DNA of 53,224 bases from Candidatus Eiseniibacteriota bacterium (GTDB lineage: Bacteria; Eisenbacteria; RBG-16-71-46). Of the stretch, positions 39,271 through 50,327 are shown one piece after another. Numbering within the stretch: the first letter of the stretch is position 1; each line of letters opens with the position of its first letter. The stretch spans positions 1-53,224 of the forward strand of contig JBBRLX010000031.1 in NCBI GenBank assembly GCA_038231135.1, written 5' to 3'. The position numbers were made by a program, and so were the translations under genes. The notes under the pieces are model-generated. The model ran no database searches and had not been told where the DNA came from. It saw only the letters and a program-made list of their open reading frames with translations.

Positions 39271-40017
39271 TCAGCGCGTGACGATCACGCGCGGAACGGC
39301 GAGGTGGGTCATCGCGAGCTCGATCCGCCGGACCTCGATCGCATGGCGGATGCGGCCGATCTCGCGCTCGGCCATGCGGCGCAGCTCGGGATTGTTCGTG
39401 CCTTCGAACACGTTGCCCCACAGCTCGAGCGCCACGCCCAGGTTCCCCGAGTTCTGCCGCGCGAACGCCGCGAACCGGGAGGCCTGCGGCGGTCCGTCCG
39501 GCTGCCGTGACGCCTGTTCGAAGTATTCGGAGGCGTGCGTCAGCTCGCGGCCGCCCGGCCGCACGTAGTAGAGGAACCCCAGCTCGAACGCCAGCCGGCC
39601 GCTCGTGGGATTCGCATCGATGCCCTTGAGCATCAGCGCCTCGGCGGCCTTGAAGTCCTGGCCTTCCTGGGCGAGCGCGAACGCGCCGAAGATGTAGGCG
39701 TCGACGAACTCCGGCGACAGCGTGGTGAGAATGTCGAACACGTGCTCCATCTTGATGAACCGGTTGTCGCTGCGGCGGTGTTCCCCGTAATATTGCACCG
39801 CGCGGATCCACGCCAGGTCGGCGGCCGACTCGGCGTGGCCGAGCGTCGCGGGCCGCAGGTGATTCCCCGACGGGTAGTACGACAGCTCCTCCAGCGCCTG
39901 TGGCCGCGGCAGCACGCGAAAGCCCTGGTCCGCGCACGTGACCGCGAGGGCGCCGAACGCCAGCGCCACCACCCACGCCGCGACCATGCGGGTGCGGGGC
40001 GTCGACGGCACGGTCAC
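39271..40017 (-). CDS. Pilus-cluster TPR-like membrane protein (in the role of Myxococcus PilG / Geobacter Xap-type accessory)
   Basis: N-terminal TM helix, ADLAWIRAVQYYG, TTLSPEFVDAY and LGFLYY. Overlaps the permease stop (GTGA). Confidence 0.6.
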   Translation of the reverse strand: MTVPSTPRTRMVAAWVVALAFGALAVTCADQGFRVLPRPQALEELSYYPSGNHLRPATLGHAESAADLAWIRAVQYYGEHRRSDNRFIKMEHVFDILTTLSPEFVDAYIFGAFALAQEGQDFKAAEALMLKGIDANPTSGRLAFELGFLYYVRPGGRELTHASEYFEQASRQPDGPPQASRFAAFARQNSGNLGVALELWGNVFEGTNNPELRRMAEREIGRIRHAIEVRRIELAMTHLAVPRVIVTR

Positions 40018-40778
40018 TTGAAGTCCCGGCTCTCGAACGCGGCCGTGGCCAGCGCCAGCGCGCAGCCGCAATAGGCCACCGCGTAGAGCGTCGCGATCAA
40101 CAGGTGGGCCGGCGTCGTGGTGAGTGTCTCCGACGCCAGCGTGCGCATGTTGAACAGCGGCAGGTTCGGCACCATGTTCGCGATGGCGGACAACGTGTGC
40201 CCGAGGACGCCGGGCGCCTTCTCCGCGAACGCCCGCAGGTCGTAGCTCCACTGTCCGACCAGATAGAAGCCGAGCGTATAGAGCGCCGACAGCACCGGCG
40301 TCGACAGCGACGAACACAGCACCGCGATCGAAGTGACGACGGTGAGCTCGAGACCCGTCAGGTACACGGCTTCCGCCAGCGACAGCGCGTGGCCGTGGAC
40401 GCCGCGCACCGCGAGCAGCGCCCACAGCGCCGTACCCAGCAGCGCGCACACCACCCACAATGCCGCCGACATGCCGGCCCACTTGCCGATCAGGTACTGG
40501 TAGCGCGCGATCGGACGCGACAGCAGGTTGTAGATCGTCTTGCGCTCGATCTCCTTGGCCACGAGGCTCGTGCCCACGAGCAGCACCAGGAACAGGCCGA
40601 GCAGCGCGATGCCGCTGAGTCCCAGGTCCACGGTGAGCCGCCGGGTCTCGCCGAGCGCGAGCACGCCGATCACCTGCGTCGCCCCCAGCAGCGCGAGCCC
40701 GGTGACCACGAGGCCCGCCAGCATGCGGTCGCGGGTCGCTTCGCGGAACGTGTTGCGTGCAATCAGGAGCGGGATCAC
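40014..40778 (-). CDS. ABC transporter permease (PilI-like)
   Basis: IARNTFREA and KEIERKTIYNLLSRPIARYQYLIGK motifs, about six TM helices, C-terminal FESRDF. Confidence 0.88.
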   Translation of the reverse strand: MIPLLIARNTFREATRDRMLAGLVVTGLALLGATQVIGVLALGETRRLTVDLGLSGIALLGLFLVLLVGTSLVAKEIERKTIYNLLSRPIARYQYLIGKWAGMSAALWVVCALLGTALWALLAVRGVHGHALSLAEAVYLTGLELTVVTSIAVLCSSLSTPVLSALYTLGFYLVGQWSYDLRAFAEKAPGVLGHTLSAIANMVPNLPLFNMRTLASETLTTTPAHLLIATLYAVAYCGCALALATAAFESRDFK

Positions 40779-41827
40779 GACACCGCCTGGGCGTGCGGCG
40801 CGTCGTGACCCGCGGCGGCCAGGAACAGCTCCTCGAGCGACGCTCGCTGCGGCGTGACCGCGCGCAGCCGGACGCCGTGCTGCATCAGCCACTGCACGAC
40901 CTCGTCGAGCAGCGTCGCGTCGCTGAGCTGGAACGCGGTGCCGTCCGCGTGCTCGTGGCGCTCGAGCCGCGCGCGCCACGCCGGCGGGATCTCGAGCACC
41001 GGGGCGCCCACGCAGCGGATCTCGACGCCGTTCGCACCGTGCGCCATCAGGTCGTGCAGCGTGGCCGACCGCGCCAGCCGGCCGTGGAGCACGATCAGCA
41101 CGCGATCGCACAGCATCTCGACGTCGGGCAGGATGTGGGACGAGAACAGGATCGTGGTGCCGAGGCTGCGCTGTTCGAGGATCAGCTCGCGCACGTCGCG
41201 GCGGCCGAACGGGTCGAGGCCGCTCATCGGCTCGTCGAGGATCAACAGCTCGGGCCCGTGCACCAGCGCCGCCGCCAGACCCAGCCGCTGCAGCATGCCC
41301 TTCGAGTATTTGCGCAGCACCAGCCGCGGGCGGTCGCCGAGCCCCACGCGTCCGAGCCATTCGTCCGCGCGGCGCGTGGCCTCCCGTGAGTCGAGCCCCG
41401 ACAACCGGCCGGCCAGCTCGAGATACTCGCGGCCGTTGAGGTAGTCGTAGAAGTACGGCTGCTCGGGAAGGAACCCCAGGCGCTTCCGGCTGTGCACGTT
41501 CGTGATCGGTTCGTCGAACATGAACGCGGAGCCGCGCGTGGGCTTGAGCAGGCCGGTCAGCAGCTTGAGCGTCGTTGTCTTGCCCGCCCCGTTGGGGCCC
41601 AGGAGCCCGACGACCTCGCCCGCGGTGATGTCGAACGTCATGTCCTCGAGGCCCTGCACCACCTTGAGTGTCCACGGGCTCCGGTATTCCTTGCTCAGGC
41701 CTTCGGCGCGCACGACGGAACGTGCGGACATGGCTCGCGCCACCGGCCCGCGAACCTCGCCGGTCACCGGGCCACCGTCGCCCCCGGACGGGGTGTGAGT
41801 TGCGGCCAATCCGGAATTGCTCGTCAT
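40775..41827 (-). CDS. ABC transporter ATP-binding protein (PilH-like)
   Basis: GPNGAGKTT, YSKGMLQR, LDEPMSGLDP and SSH motifs. ATG at 41827 has a GAGGA RBS; alternative start at 41731. Confidence 0.93.
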   Translation of the reverse strand: MTSNSGLAATHTPSGGDGGPVTGEVRGPVARAMSARSVVRAEGLSKEYRSPWTLKVVQGLEDMTFDITAGEVVGLLGPNGAGKTTTLKLLTGLLKPTRGSAFMFDEPITNVHSRKRLGFLPEQPYFYDYLNGREYLELAGRLSGLDSREATRRADEWLGRVGLGDRPRLVLRKYSKGMLQRLGLAAALVHGPELLILDEPMSGLDPFGRRDVRELILEQRSLGTTILFSSHILPDVEMLCDRVLIVLHGRLARSATLHDLMAHGANGVEIRCVGAPVLEIPPAWRARLERHEHADGTAFQLSDATLLDEVVQWLMQHGVRLRAVTPQRASLEELFLAAAGHDAPHAQAVS

Positions 41828-41887
41828 CAGTGTCCTCACGCTCTCATTGGGGCCAGCGGGTTCCGTGATTCCAGCAGGGTTGCAACA

Positions 41888-41903
41888 AGCAACGCATATG
41901 CCG
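41888..41903 (-). promoter_or_regulatory. Putative sigma-54 (-24/-12) promoter for the ABC exporter genes
   Basis: CGGCAT-ATGCG-TTGCT (GG-N10-GC). Confidence 0.6.
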
Positions 41904-42100
41904 CCATAGGCCCCGGATTCCGTCGGGAATCGGCGGCCACACGCAAATGTCCAGCCGCCGTGTGGGCAGCGTCTTACGGGGCGGGGCGAAGGCTTCGCAG
42001 GAACATCATCGGCGCCTCGGCGCACCGGCTGTAGACCCGAACCCGGCCAGGAACCGGCCGGGCGGCCGGACTCTGATCGCGCGCCGGCGGGCGCCCTCCC

Positions 42101-42138
42101 GCCCAACGCGAAACGAGGGCGGGAAACTCCCGCCCTCG
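42101..42138 (-). terminator. Intrinsic terminator-like hairpin after pilA
   Basis: 11-bp stem CGAGGGCGGGA/TCCCGCCCTCG followed by TTTCGCGTT on the minus strand. Confidence 0.7.
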
Positions 42139-42163
42139 CTCGAGAAGACTGCTGCGACTTCGA

Positions 42164-42589
42164 TTACTGACCGGCGGTGAGAATCAGGCTCAGCGCGGCC
42201 GACTTGCCGTGACCCTTGATGTTGTACGACGTGTTCAGCGAATCCGAGTAGGACGTGATGCCGGCCGTCGTGCTGGCAGCGGACACGTTGACCACGCGAT
42301 CCTCGTAGGAGTTCAAGACCACGTTCGTGAACGGGTTCTTGAAGTTGGCACCCGCGCTCGGGAGCAGCGCCGCGACCTGGGCCGCCGTGCTGGCATACGC
42401 GCCGTCGAACTGCACGCCGTAGTCTTCCGACGACAGCTGGAAGGTGTGCATGTTGGACTTCGTGCTGCCTTCCTTCGCGCGATTCTGCATCGCGATGAAG
42501 TTCGGGATCGCGATCGCCGCGAGGATACCGATGATGACGACGACGATCATGAGCTCGATCAGGGTGAAGCCCTTCTGTGACTTCGACAT
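42164..42589 (-). CDS. pilA: Type IVa major pilin
   Basis: MSKSQKG|FTLIELMIVVVIIGILAAIAIPNF class III signal with E5. AAGGAG RBS, own sigma-54 promoter and terminator, located after pilS-pilR. Confidence 0.95.
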   Translation of the reverse strand: MSKSQKGFTLIELMIVVVIIGILAAIAIPNFIAMQNRAKEGSTKSNMHTFQLSSEDYGVQFDGAYASTAAQVAALLPSAGANFKNPFTNVVLNSYEDRVVNVSAASTTAGITSYSDSLNTSYNIKGHGKSAALSLILTAGQ

Positions 42590-42656
42590 TTTGTACTCCT
42601 TCGAATTGGGGTTGGGGGCCGGGTCGTTGTTTGTTCGTGGACCCACCGGTGTCTAC

Positions 42657-42672
42657 AGCAACCGCGATGCCA
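42657..42672 (-). promoter_or_regulatory. Sigma-54 (-24/-12) promoter of pilA
   Basis: TGGCAT-CGCGG-TTGCT, close to consensus TGGCAC-N5-TTGCW, next to the sigma-54 activator gene. Confidence 0.8.
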
Positions 42673-42848
42673 CGCGATCCACCGCCACCGGTTTGCTGCG
42701 AAACTGTCTGCCCTGCATCAGTTGCGGGAATCGTTGCCCATCCCCGTTGCCCCGATCATCGGCATCTGTCCGGGCAATCTTCAGTACTGCCTGCGAACCA
42801 ACGGGCAGTCCGCAACGCGCCACACCGGCGCGTGCAGAATGCCGTACC

Positions 42849-44285
<1,437 letters not shown>

Positions 44286-44326
44286 TGGGAGTCACCTCGC
44301 TCGAGAGTCGTTTCGAAAGCACGGAT

Positions 44327-45991
44327 TTATGCGGCGAGCATCTGGGATGCAACGGTTCCCGGGAGCGCCACGCTGACGTTCGTGCCCCGGCCGGGTTCGC
44401 TCGTGATGGAGAGCGTGCCCCCGTGCCGTTCCACGATGCGCTGCGCGATGGCCAGTCCCAGGCCGGTGCCTCGTTCTTTGGTCGTGAAAAACGGCTGGCC
44501 CACCTGCGTGAGGTCCGCGGGGGTGATGCCGACCCCGGTGTCGGAGAACACGACCACGATCAGGTCGCCCTCCCCTTCCTCCCAGCGCAGCGTGAGGGTT
44601 CCCTTGCCATCCATGGCCTCGAGCGCATTCGCCGCGAGGTTCAGCCACACCTGCCGGAGCAGCTCGCGATCGGCCCGCACCTCGGGGTGCGCCCCTAAGG
44701 GCTCGAACACCACCGTGCAGCCGTCGGCACGCGTGTCGCGCGCGATCTGATCGCGCAGCTCCGCCAGGTGCTCCTCCAGGTCGAGGGTCTCCACCGCCGG
44801 CTCGCGGTCCTTGGAATACGACAACAGGTCGGTGACGAACCGGTTCAGCCGGCTGCACTCGCGCTGGATCAGCTCCATAAGCACGGCATTCTCGCCCTCG
44901 AGATTGAGCTCGCGCTGCAGGCACTCGACGGAACCGCTGATCGGCTTGAGTCCGTTGCGCAGCTCGTGGGCGATGCCGGCCGACAGCGCGCCCAGCTCGG
45001 CGAGCGTCTGGTTGCGACGGGCGCGGCGTTCCATCTCGCGCACCTCGGTCAGGTCCTGGAACACCGCGACGACCCCGCTCGCGCCTTCGCCGTGCGTCAG
45101 CAGGTTCGTCGAGATGCCGACCGGCAGCGTGCGGCCGGTGGTGGTCTTCATCATCAGCTCGGCGCGGGCCCGCGGCGCCTTGTGCTCCAGCGTGTCGAGC
45201 ACCAGGTCGCGCAGCGGCCACAGCCGCTCGGGCAGCGCGGCGCCGATGTGACGGCCCCGCCATTCGAGCGAGCGCGCCGACAGCACCTGTTCGGCCGCCG
45301 GATTCAGGTAGGCGATCGTGCCACGGCCGTCCACGGTGAGCACGCCGGTCGTCAGGTTGTGGAGGATCACGTCGTTGTCGACCCGCACACGGTCCAGCTC
45401 GCGCGCGGTGCGCGTCAGGTCGTCGCGGGTGCGCCGCACCCGTTCCCCGAGCACCCCCGACATCACGCCCATCATGGCGAGGAACGCCACCAGCAGCCGC
45501 GGCGCCGGCGCACCGCCGTCGGTGGTCGTCGCCGCGGTGGCGCCGATCGCGTGCTGGATCCACGGCAGCGCGAGGAACGCGACGCACGCGGAGGCGCCGG
45601 TGATGAGCCCGCCCGGCAGGCGGCCGAGCAGCCCGCCGGCGATCACCACCAGCGCGAAGAACGGCACGAACTGGCTGTCGCGGCCCCCGGTCAGCGCCGC
45701 GATCGCAGTGACCAGCACGAGGTCCACGCCAAGCTGCAGCGCGGTCTGGATGCCGAGCCCGCGGCGCAGCCGCACGCCGAACGCGAACAGCGCCGACACC
45801 GCCCCCACGACCAGCAGCGCCCACCACAGCACCCACCACGAGTCCTGATTCGCGGCGGGCCCGAGCAGCACGCCGATCGGCAGCGCGAGCGTGGTCACGA
45901 GCAGCCGGGCCCAGATCGCGGTGGCGAGACCGTGCCACCCGTCCGTTACCGGCTCCCGAAGCCGCGACTCGTGCGGGGCGCGCGACGTCAT
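44327..45991 (-). CDS. pilS: Membrane sensor histidine kinase with PAS domain (PilS-like)
   Basis: Multiple TM helices (TGGRDSQF), PAS, IAHELRN, NLAANA, DTGVG and GTGLGL motifs. Confidence 0.9.
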   Translation of the reverse strand: MTSRAPHESRLREPVTDGWHGLATAIWARLLVTTLALPIGVLLGPAANQDSWWVLWWALLVVGAVSALFAFGVRLRRGLGIQTALQLGVDLVLVTAIAALTGGRDSQFVPFFALVVIAGGLLGRLPGGLITGASACVAFLALPWIQHAIGATAATTTDGGAPAPRLLVAFLAMMGVMSGVLGERVRRTRDDLTRTARELDRVRVDNDVILHNLTTGVLTVDGRGTIAYLNPAAEQVLSARSLEWRGRHIGAALPERLWPLRDLVLDTLEHKAPRARAELMMKTTTGRTLPVGISTNLLTHGEGASGVVAVFQDLTEVREMERRARRNQTLAELGALSAGIAHELRNGLKPISGSVECLQRELNLEGENAVLMELIQRECSRLNRFVTDLLSYSKDREPAVETLDLEEHLAELRDQIARDTRADGCTVVFEPLGAHPEVRADRELLRQVWLNLAANALEAMDGKGTLTLRWEEGEGDLIVVVFSDTGVGITPADLTQVGQPFFTTKERGTGLGLAIAQRIVERHGGTLSITSEPGRGTNVSVALPGTVASQMLAA

Positions 45992-47211
45992 CAGTTGGCG
46001 CTTCCCGAGACGACGCTGATCAGCTTGAACATCGGCAGATACATGGCGACCACCATGCCGCCGACGATGCCGCCCATCACGACGATCATCACCGGCTCGA
46101 TGATCGAGGTCAGCGTATCGACCGCGGTGTCGACCTCGGATTCGTAGAACACCGCGATCTTGGTGAGCATCTCGTCGAGCGCACCCGTTTGCTCGCCGAC
46201 CGAGATCATCTGTACGACCATCGGCGGGAACACGCCCGAGGCCTTGAGCGGCGCCGCGACCGTCTCGCCTTCACGAATCGAGGCGCGAGCGGTCATGATC
46301 GCCTCGGCGATGATCTTGTTGCCGGCCGTACGCGCGGTGATTTCGAGGCCGCCCAGGATCGGCACGCCGGACGCGATCAGGGTGCCGAGCGTGCGCGTGA
46401 ACCGCGCCACGGCACCCTTCAGCAGCACGTCGCCCAGCACCGGCATCTTGAGCATCGCCTGATCGATCGTGCGGCTGCCATTCTCGGTCGCGGCGAACCG
46501 CATGAAGGCGTAGCCCCCGGCGCCGAGTCCGACGATCACCGCCCACCACCACTTCACGAGGAAGTTCGACAGACCGAGCACGATCTTGGTGGGCAGCGGC
46601 AGCTCGGCGCCGAAGCCGGTGAACATGTTGGCGAACGTGGGGATGATGAACACCAGCATGAAGGCGGTGGCGCCGAGCGCCACCGTGAGCACGACCGCCG
46701 GATAGACCATCGCGCTCTGGATCTTGCGCTTGAGGGCATCGGCCTTCTCGATGTAGGTTGCGAGCCGCATCAGGATTTCGTCGAGCACACCGCCGGCCTC
46801 GCCGGCGGCGACCATGTTGCGGAACAGGTCATCGAACACCTTGCGGTGCTTGCCGAGAGCGTCCGACAGCGTGGAGCCCGACTCGACGTCACGGGTCACG
46901 TCGCTGATCACGCGGCCGAACGCCGGCTTGCTGGCCTGCTTGCTCAGAATGTCGAGGCACTGGACCAGCGGCAGGCCGGCCGAGATCATCGTCGCGAACT
47001 GCCGCGTGAAGATCGCCAGGTCCTTGGTGCTGACGCCGGCGTTGCCGCTCCCCGCCGGCTTGCTGCCGGCGCCACCCTTCTGCTTCATCGAGGTGACGAG
47101 AATCTTGCGCTTGCGCAGCGCATCGATCGCCTCCTCCTGTCGCCCGACTTCGATTTCTCCGGCCTGGGTCTCCCCGGCCAGCGTGCGGCCCTTCCAAACG
47201 TAAACCGGCAT
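45991..47211 (-). CDS. pilC: Type IV pilus platform protein PilC
   Basis: FTRQFATMISAGLPL, AGEAGGVLD, VGEQTGALD and AMYLPMF motifs. Confidence 0.96.
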   Translation of the reverse strand: MPVYVWKGRTLAGETQAGEIEVGRQEEAIDALRKRKILVTSMKQKGGAGSKPAGSGNAGVSTKDLAIFTRQFATMISAGLPLVQCLDILSKQASKPAFGRVISDVTRDVESGSTLSDALGKHRKVFDDLFRNMVAAGEAGGVLDEILMRLATYIEKADALKRKIQSAMVYPAVVLTVALGATAFMLVFIIPTFANMFTGFGAELPLPTKIVLGLSNFLVKWWWAVIVGLGAGGYAFMRFAATENGSRTIDQAMLKMPVLGDVLLKGAVARFTRTLGTLIASGVPILGGLEITARTAGNKIIAEAIMTARASIREGETVAAPLKASGVFPPMVVQMISVGEQTGALDEMLTKIAVFYESEVDTAVDTLTSIIEPVMIVVMGGIVGGMVVAMYLPMFKLISVVSGSAN

Positions 47212-47224
47212 CTCGTCCTCCTGT

Positions 47225-48295
47225 TTAAGCGGCGCGGGTCTTGCCGATCATGTTTTCGAGCTCGACCCGATCGGAACACCGCTCGAATGCGTCCTCCGGC
47301 GTGAGATGTCCGTCCTGGACCGCCTGCAGCAACGCCATGTTCATCGTCTGCATGCCGTACTTCTGGCCGGCCTGCATCAGGCTGTAGATCTGGTGCGTCT
47401 TGGCTTCACGGATCACCGCGCGAATCGCGGGCGTAACCACCAGCGTCTCGGCCACCATGATCCGGCCGGTGCCGCGGCTGCGCGGGATCAACTGCTGCGT
47501 CACGACGCCTTCGAGGCAGAACGCCAGCTGCGTGAGGATCTGCCGCTGCTGGTCCGACGGGAACACGTCGACGATGCGGTTGATCGCCTCGTAGCTGGAG
47601 TTCGTATGCAGCGTGGCGAACACCAGGTGTCCGGTCTCCGCGATCGTGAGCGCCGCCTCGATGGTCTCGAGATCGCGCATCTCGCCGATCAGGATGATGT
47701 CGGGGTCCTGCCGCAGCACGTACTTGAGCGCCTGCGGAAACGAGTCGGTGTCGGCGCCCAGCTCGCGCTGGTTCACGATGCACTTCTTGTGGTGGTGGAT
47801 GTACTCGATCGGATCCTCGACCGTCAGGATGTGGCAGCGGCGGGTGTTGTTGATTCGGTCGATCATCGCGGCCAGCGTCGTGGACTTGCCGGAGCCCGTC
47901 GGACCGGTGACGAGCACCAGGCCCTTCATGCGGTTCGTGAACTCCGTCACCACCTTGGGCAGGCCCAGCTTCTCGAGTGCCAGGATCTCGAACGGGATCT
48001 GGCGGATCACCATCGACACCACACCGCGCTGCAGGAACACATTGCCCCGGAACCGCGACAGACCCTTGATGCCGAACGAGAAGTCCAGCTCCTTCGTGGT
48101 CTCGAAGCGCTTGCGCTGCTCGTCCGACATCACGCTGTAGGCGATCTGCGCCGTGACCTCGGGCGTCAGCACCTCGTAGTCACCCGGCGTGATCGAACCG
48201 TCGATCCGGAACTCCGGTGGCACGCCGGCCGTGATGTGCAGGTCGGATGCTTTCTTCGCCACCATGTCTTCCAGCAGTTTTCGCAGCGACACCAC
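47225..48295 (-). CDS. pilT: Type IV pilus retraction ATPase PilT
   Basis: ASDLHI, GPTGSGKST, EDPIE, GEMRD, TLHT, AIRAVIRE and GMQTM motifs. Confidence 0.96.
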   Translation of the reverse strand: MVSLRKLLEDMVAKKASDLHITAGVPPEFRIDGSITPGDYEVLTPEVTAQIAYSVMSDEQRKRFETTKELDFSFGIKGLSRFRGNVFLQRGVVSMVIRQIPFEILALEKLGLPKVVTEFTNRMKGLVLVTGPTGSGKSTTLAAMIDRINNTRRCHILTVEDPIEYIHHHKKCIVNQRELGADTDSFPQALKYVLRQDPDIILIGEMRDLETIEAALTIAETGHLVFATLHTNSSYEAINRIVDVFPSDQQRQILTQLAFCLEGVVTQQLIPRSRGTGRIMVAETLVVTPAIRAVIREAKTHQIYSLMQAGQKYGMQTMNMALLQAVQDGHLTPEDAFERCSDRVELENMIGKTRAA

Positions 48296-48324
48296 GTTGC
48301 GTCTCCTTGTCGTTCCAGCCTGGA

Positions 48325-50010
48325 TTACAGCTCGTCAGCGGCTGTTTCCTTCAGCACTTCTTCCGCGCTCGTGATGCCGCGCTTCATCTTTTCCAGTGCG
48401 TCCTTGCGGAGCGTGAGCATGCCCTCCGACACCGCGACCCGCTTGATCTCGTTCGCCGAGGCGCGGTCCAGGATCAATTCGCGGAGCGTCGGCGACAGCG
48501 TCATCACCTCGTACACGCCCTGACGCCCCTTGTAGCCGGTATTGCTGCAGTCGACGCAGCCCGTGCCGGACCGGAATTCGAAGTCCTGGAACTCGTCCGC
48601 GTCGAGTTGCAGCTCCTTCAGCACCTCGGCCTTCAGCTTGATCGGCGCGGTGCAGCTCTTGCAGATCCGCCGCACGAGCCGCTGGGCCAGCACCAGGTTG
48701 ACCGACGACGACACCAGGAACGGCTCGATGCCCATGTCGATCAGACGGCCGATCGCGGACGGCGCGTCGTTGGTGTGGAGCGTGGACAGCACGAGGTGGC
48801 CGGTGAGCGCGGCCTTGACCGCGATCGAAGCGGTGTCGATGTCGCGGATTTCGCCGACCATGATGATGTTGGGGTCCTGCCGCAGGAACGCCTTGAGTGC
48901 CGCGGAGAACGTGAGCCCGATGTCCTCGTGGACCAGCACCTGGTTGATGCCGTCGAGGTTGTACTCGACCGGGTCTTCGGCGGTCATGATGTTCACCTCG
49001 GGCGTGTTCACCCGGGACAACGCGGAGTACAGCGTCGTCGTCTTGCCGGAGCCGGTGGGGCCGGTGACCAGCACCATGCCGTAGGGGTTCGCGATCGCGC
49101 TGGTGAACGCCTTGAACGAGCCCGGTTCGAAGCCGAGCTTCTCGAGGTCGATGTTGAGGTTCGTCTTGTCGAGGATTCGCATCACGATCTTCTCGCCGAA
49201 GATCGTGGGCAGCGACGACACGCGCAGGTCGATCGTGCGGTTCATCACCTTGATCTTGATGCGCCCGTCCTGGGGCACGCGGCGCTCGGCGATGTCGAGC
49301 TCGGCCATGATCTTGAGGCGCGACAGGATCGCCGCCTTGAACTTGAACGGCGGCGCCATCATCTCGTGCATCACGCCGTCGATGCGGAACCGCACCCGCA
49401 GCGACTTCTCGTAGGGCTCGACGTGGATGTCGGACGCGCCCTTGCGCACGGCGTCCGAGATCAGCGAGTTCACCAGCTTGACGATCGGCGCCTCATCGGC
49501 GCCCGCCACACCGGATTCCTCCTCCTCCTCCTCGACGACGGACAGGTCCTCTTCGAAGCCCTTCATCACGTCGGCCATGGTGCCGGCGGAGTCATAGGCC
49601 CGGTCGATCGCGCGCTTGAGCGCGGACTCGGAGGCGACGTGCGGCTCGACTTCGTAGCCGGTGATGAACTTGATGTCGTCGATCGCGAAGATGTTCGTCG
49701 GATTCGACATCGCGACCACCAGGCGGCGGCCGTTGCGCTGCACCGGCAGTGCCATGAACTTGGTGGCCACGTCGCCCGGGATCAGCTTGGTCAGGTTGAG
49801 ATCGGGCTCGTAGTTGCGCAGATCGATCGGGGGCGCGCTGTACAGACGCGACAGAAACTCCAGCAACGCCTCCTCGTTCAGCGCCCCGATCTTGACGAGG
49901 CTGCCGGCGATGGTGTCGCCGAGACTCTTCTGCTGCTGCTGTGCTTTTTGGAGCGCGACCTCGGTGACGAGGCCCGCTTCCAGCAGCTTCTGTCCGATGT
50001 CTTCCTGCAC
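48325..50010 (-). CDS. pilB: Type IV pilus assembly ATPase PilB
   Basis: N-terminal MshEN-like region, ASDIHVEP, ERRVPQDGR, GPTGSGKTT and a tetracysteine motif. Confidence 0.97.
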   Translation of the reverse strand: MQEDIGQKLLEAGLVTEVALQKAQQQQKSLGDTIAGSLVKIGALNEEALLEFLSRLYSAPPIDLRNYEPDLNLTKLIPGDVATKFMALPVQRNGRRLVVAMSNPTNIFAIDDIKFITGYEVEPHVASESALKRAIDRAYDSAGTMADVMKGFEEDLSVVEEEEEESGVAGADEAPIVKLVNSLISDAVRKGASDIHVEPYEKSLRVRFRIDGVMHEMMAPPFKFKAAILSRLKIMAELDIAERRVPQDGRIKIKVMNRTIDLRVSSLPTIFGEKIVMRILDKTNLNIDLEKLGFEPGSFKAFTSAIANPYGMVLVTGPTGSGKTTTLYSALSRVNTPEVNIMTAEDPVEYNLDGINQVLVHEDIGLTFSAALKAFLRQDPNIIMVGEIRDIDTASIAVKAALTGHLVLSTLHTNDAPSAIGRLIDMGIEPFLVSSSVNLVLAQRLVRRICKSCTAPIKLKAEVLKELQLDADEFQDFEFRSGTGCVDCSNTGYKGRQGVYEVMTLSPTLRELILDRASANEIKRVAVSEGMLTLRKDALEKMKRGITSAEEVLKETAADEL

Positions 50011-50097
50011 GCGTCGGGTTCCATGGTTGGAGTGGAGCAGTACCCCGTGAGGGGCCCGTGCAAGGCAGTGATTGCGTTCCGAAGCCGTGCGCCTTCA

Positions 50098-50113
50098 GGC
50101 AACTGTCATGCCG
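50098..50113 (-). promoter_or_regulatory. Putative sigma-54 promoter upstream of pilB
   Basis: CGGCAT-GACAG-TTGCC (GG-N10-GC), about 90 nt above the start. Confidence 0.55.
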
Positions 50114-50327
50114 TGCAGACTGCCCGGCACGAGTCGCGCAAGGTGCGGCGGGACAACGCTCTATTTCGGTATCGGCTCCGGCGGTCTGCGATGTGAGAGG
50201 AAAAACGCATTGGGCCGGGCACGATCCCGTGCGCGGCGCAACGAGCCACACGCGATCGGATCGTGCGCGACGCGTCGCAACCCTCACCCCGGCGGATCGG
50301 GCGCCGGTGGTGGCAGCCGCCCCCGGG

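Noticed and set aside
42164..42589. Electrically conductive (e-pilus) pilin
   Set aside because: The mature pilin is about 134 aa with 11 F/Y residues (about 8%), and positions 27, 32 and 51 are non-aromatic. This does not meet the usual Geobacter-type pattern.
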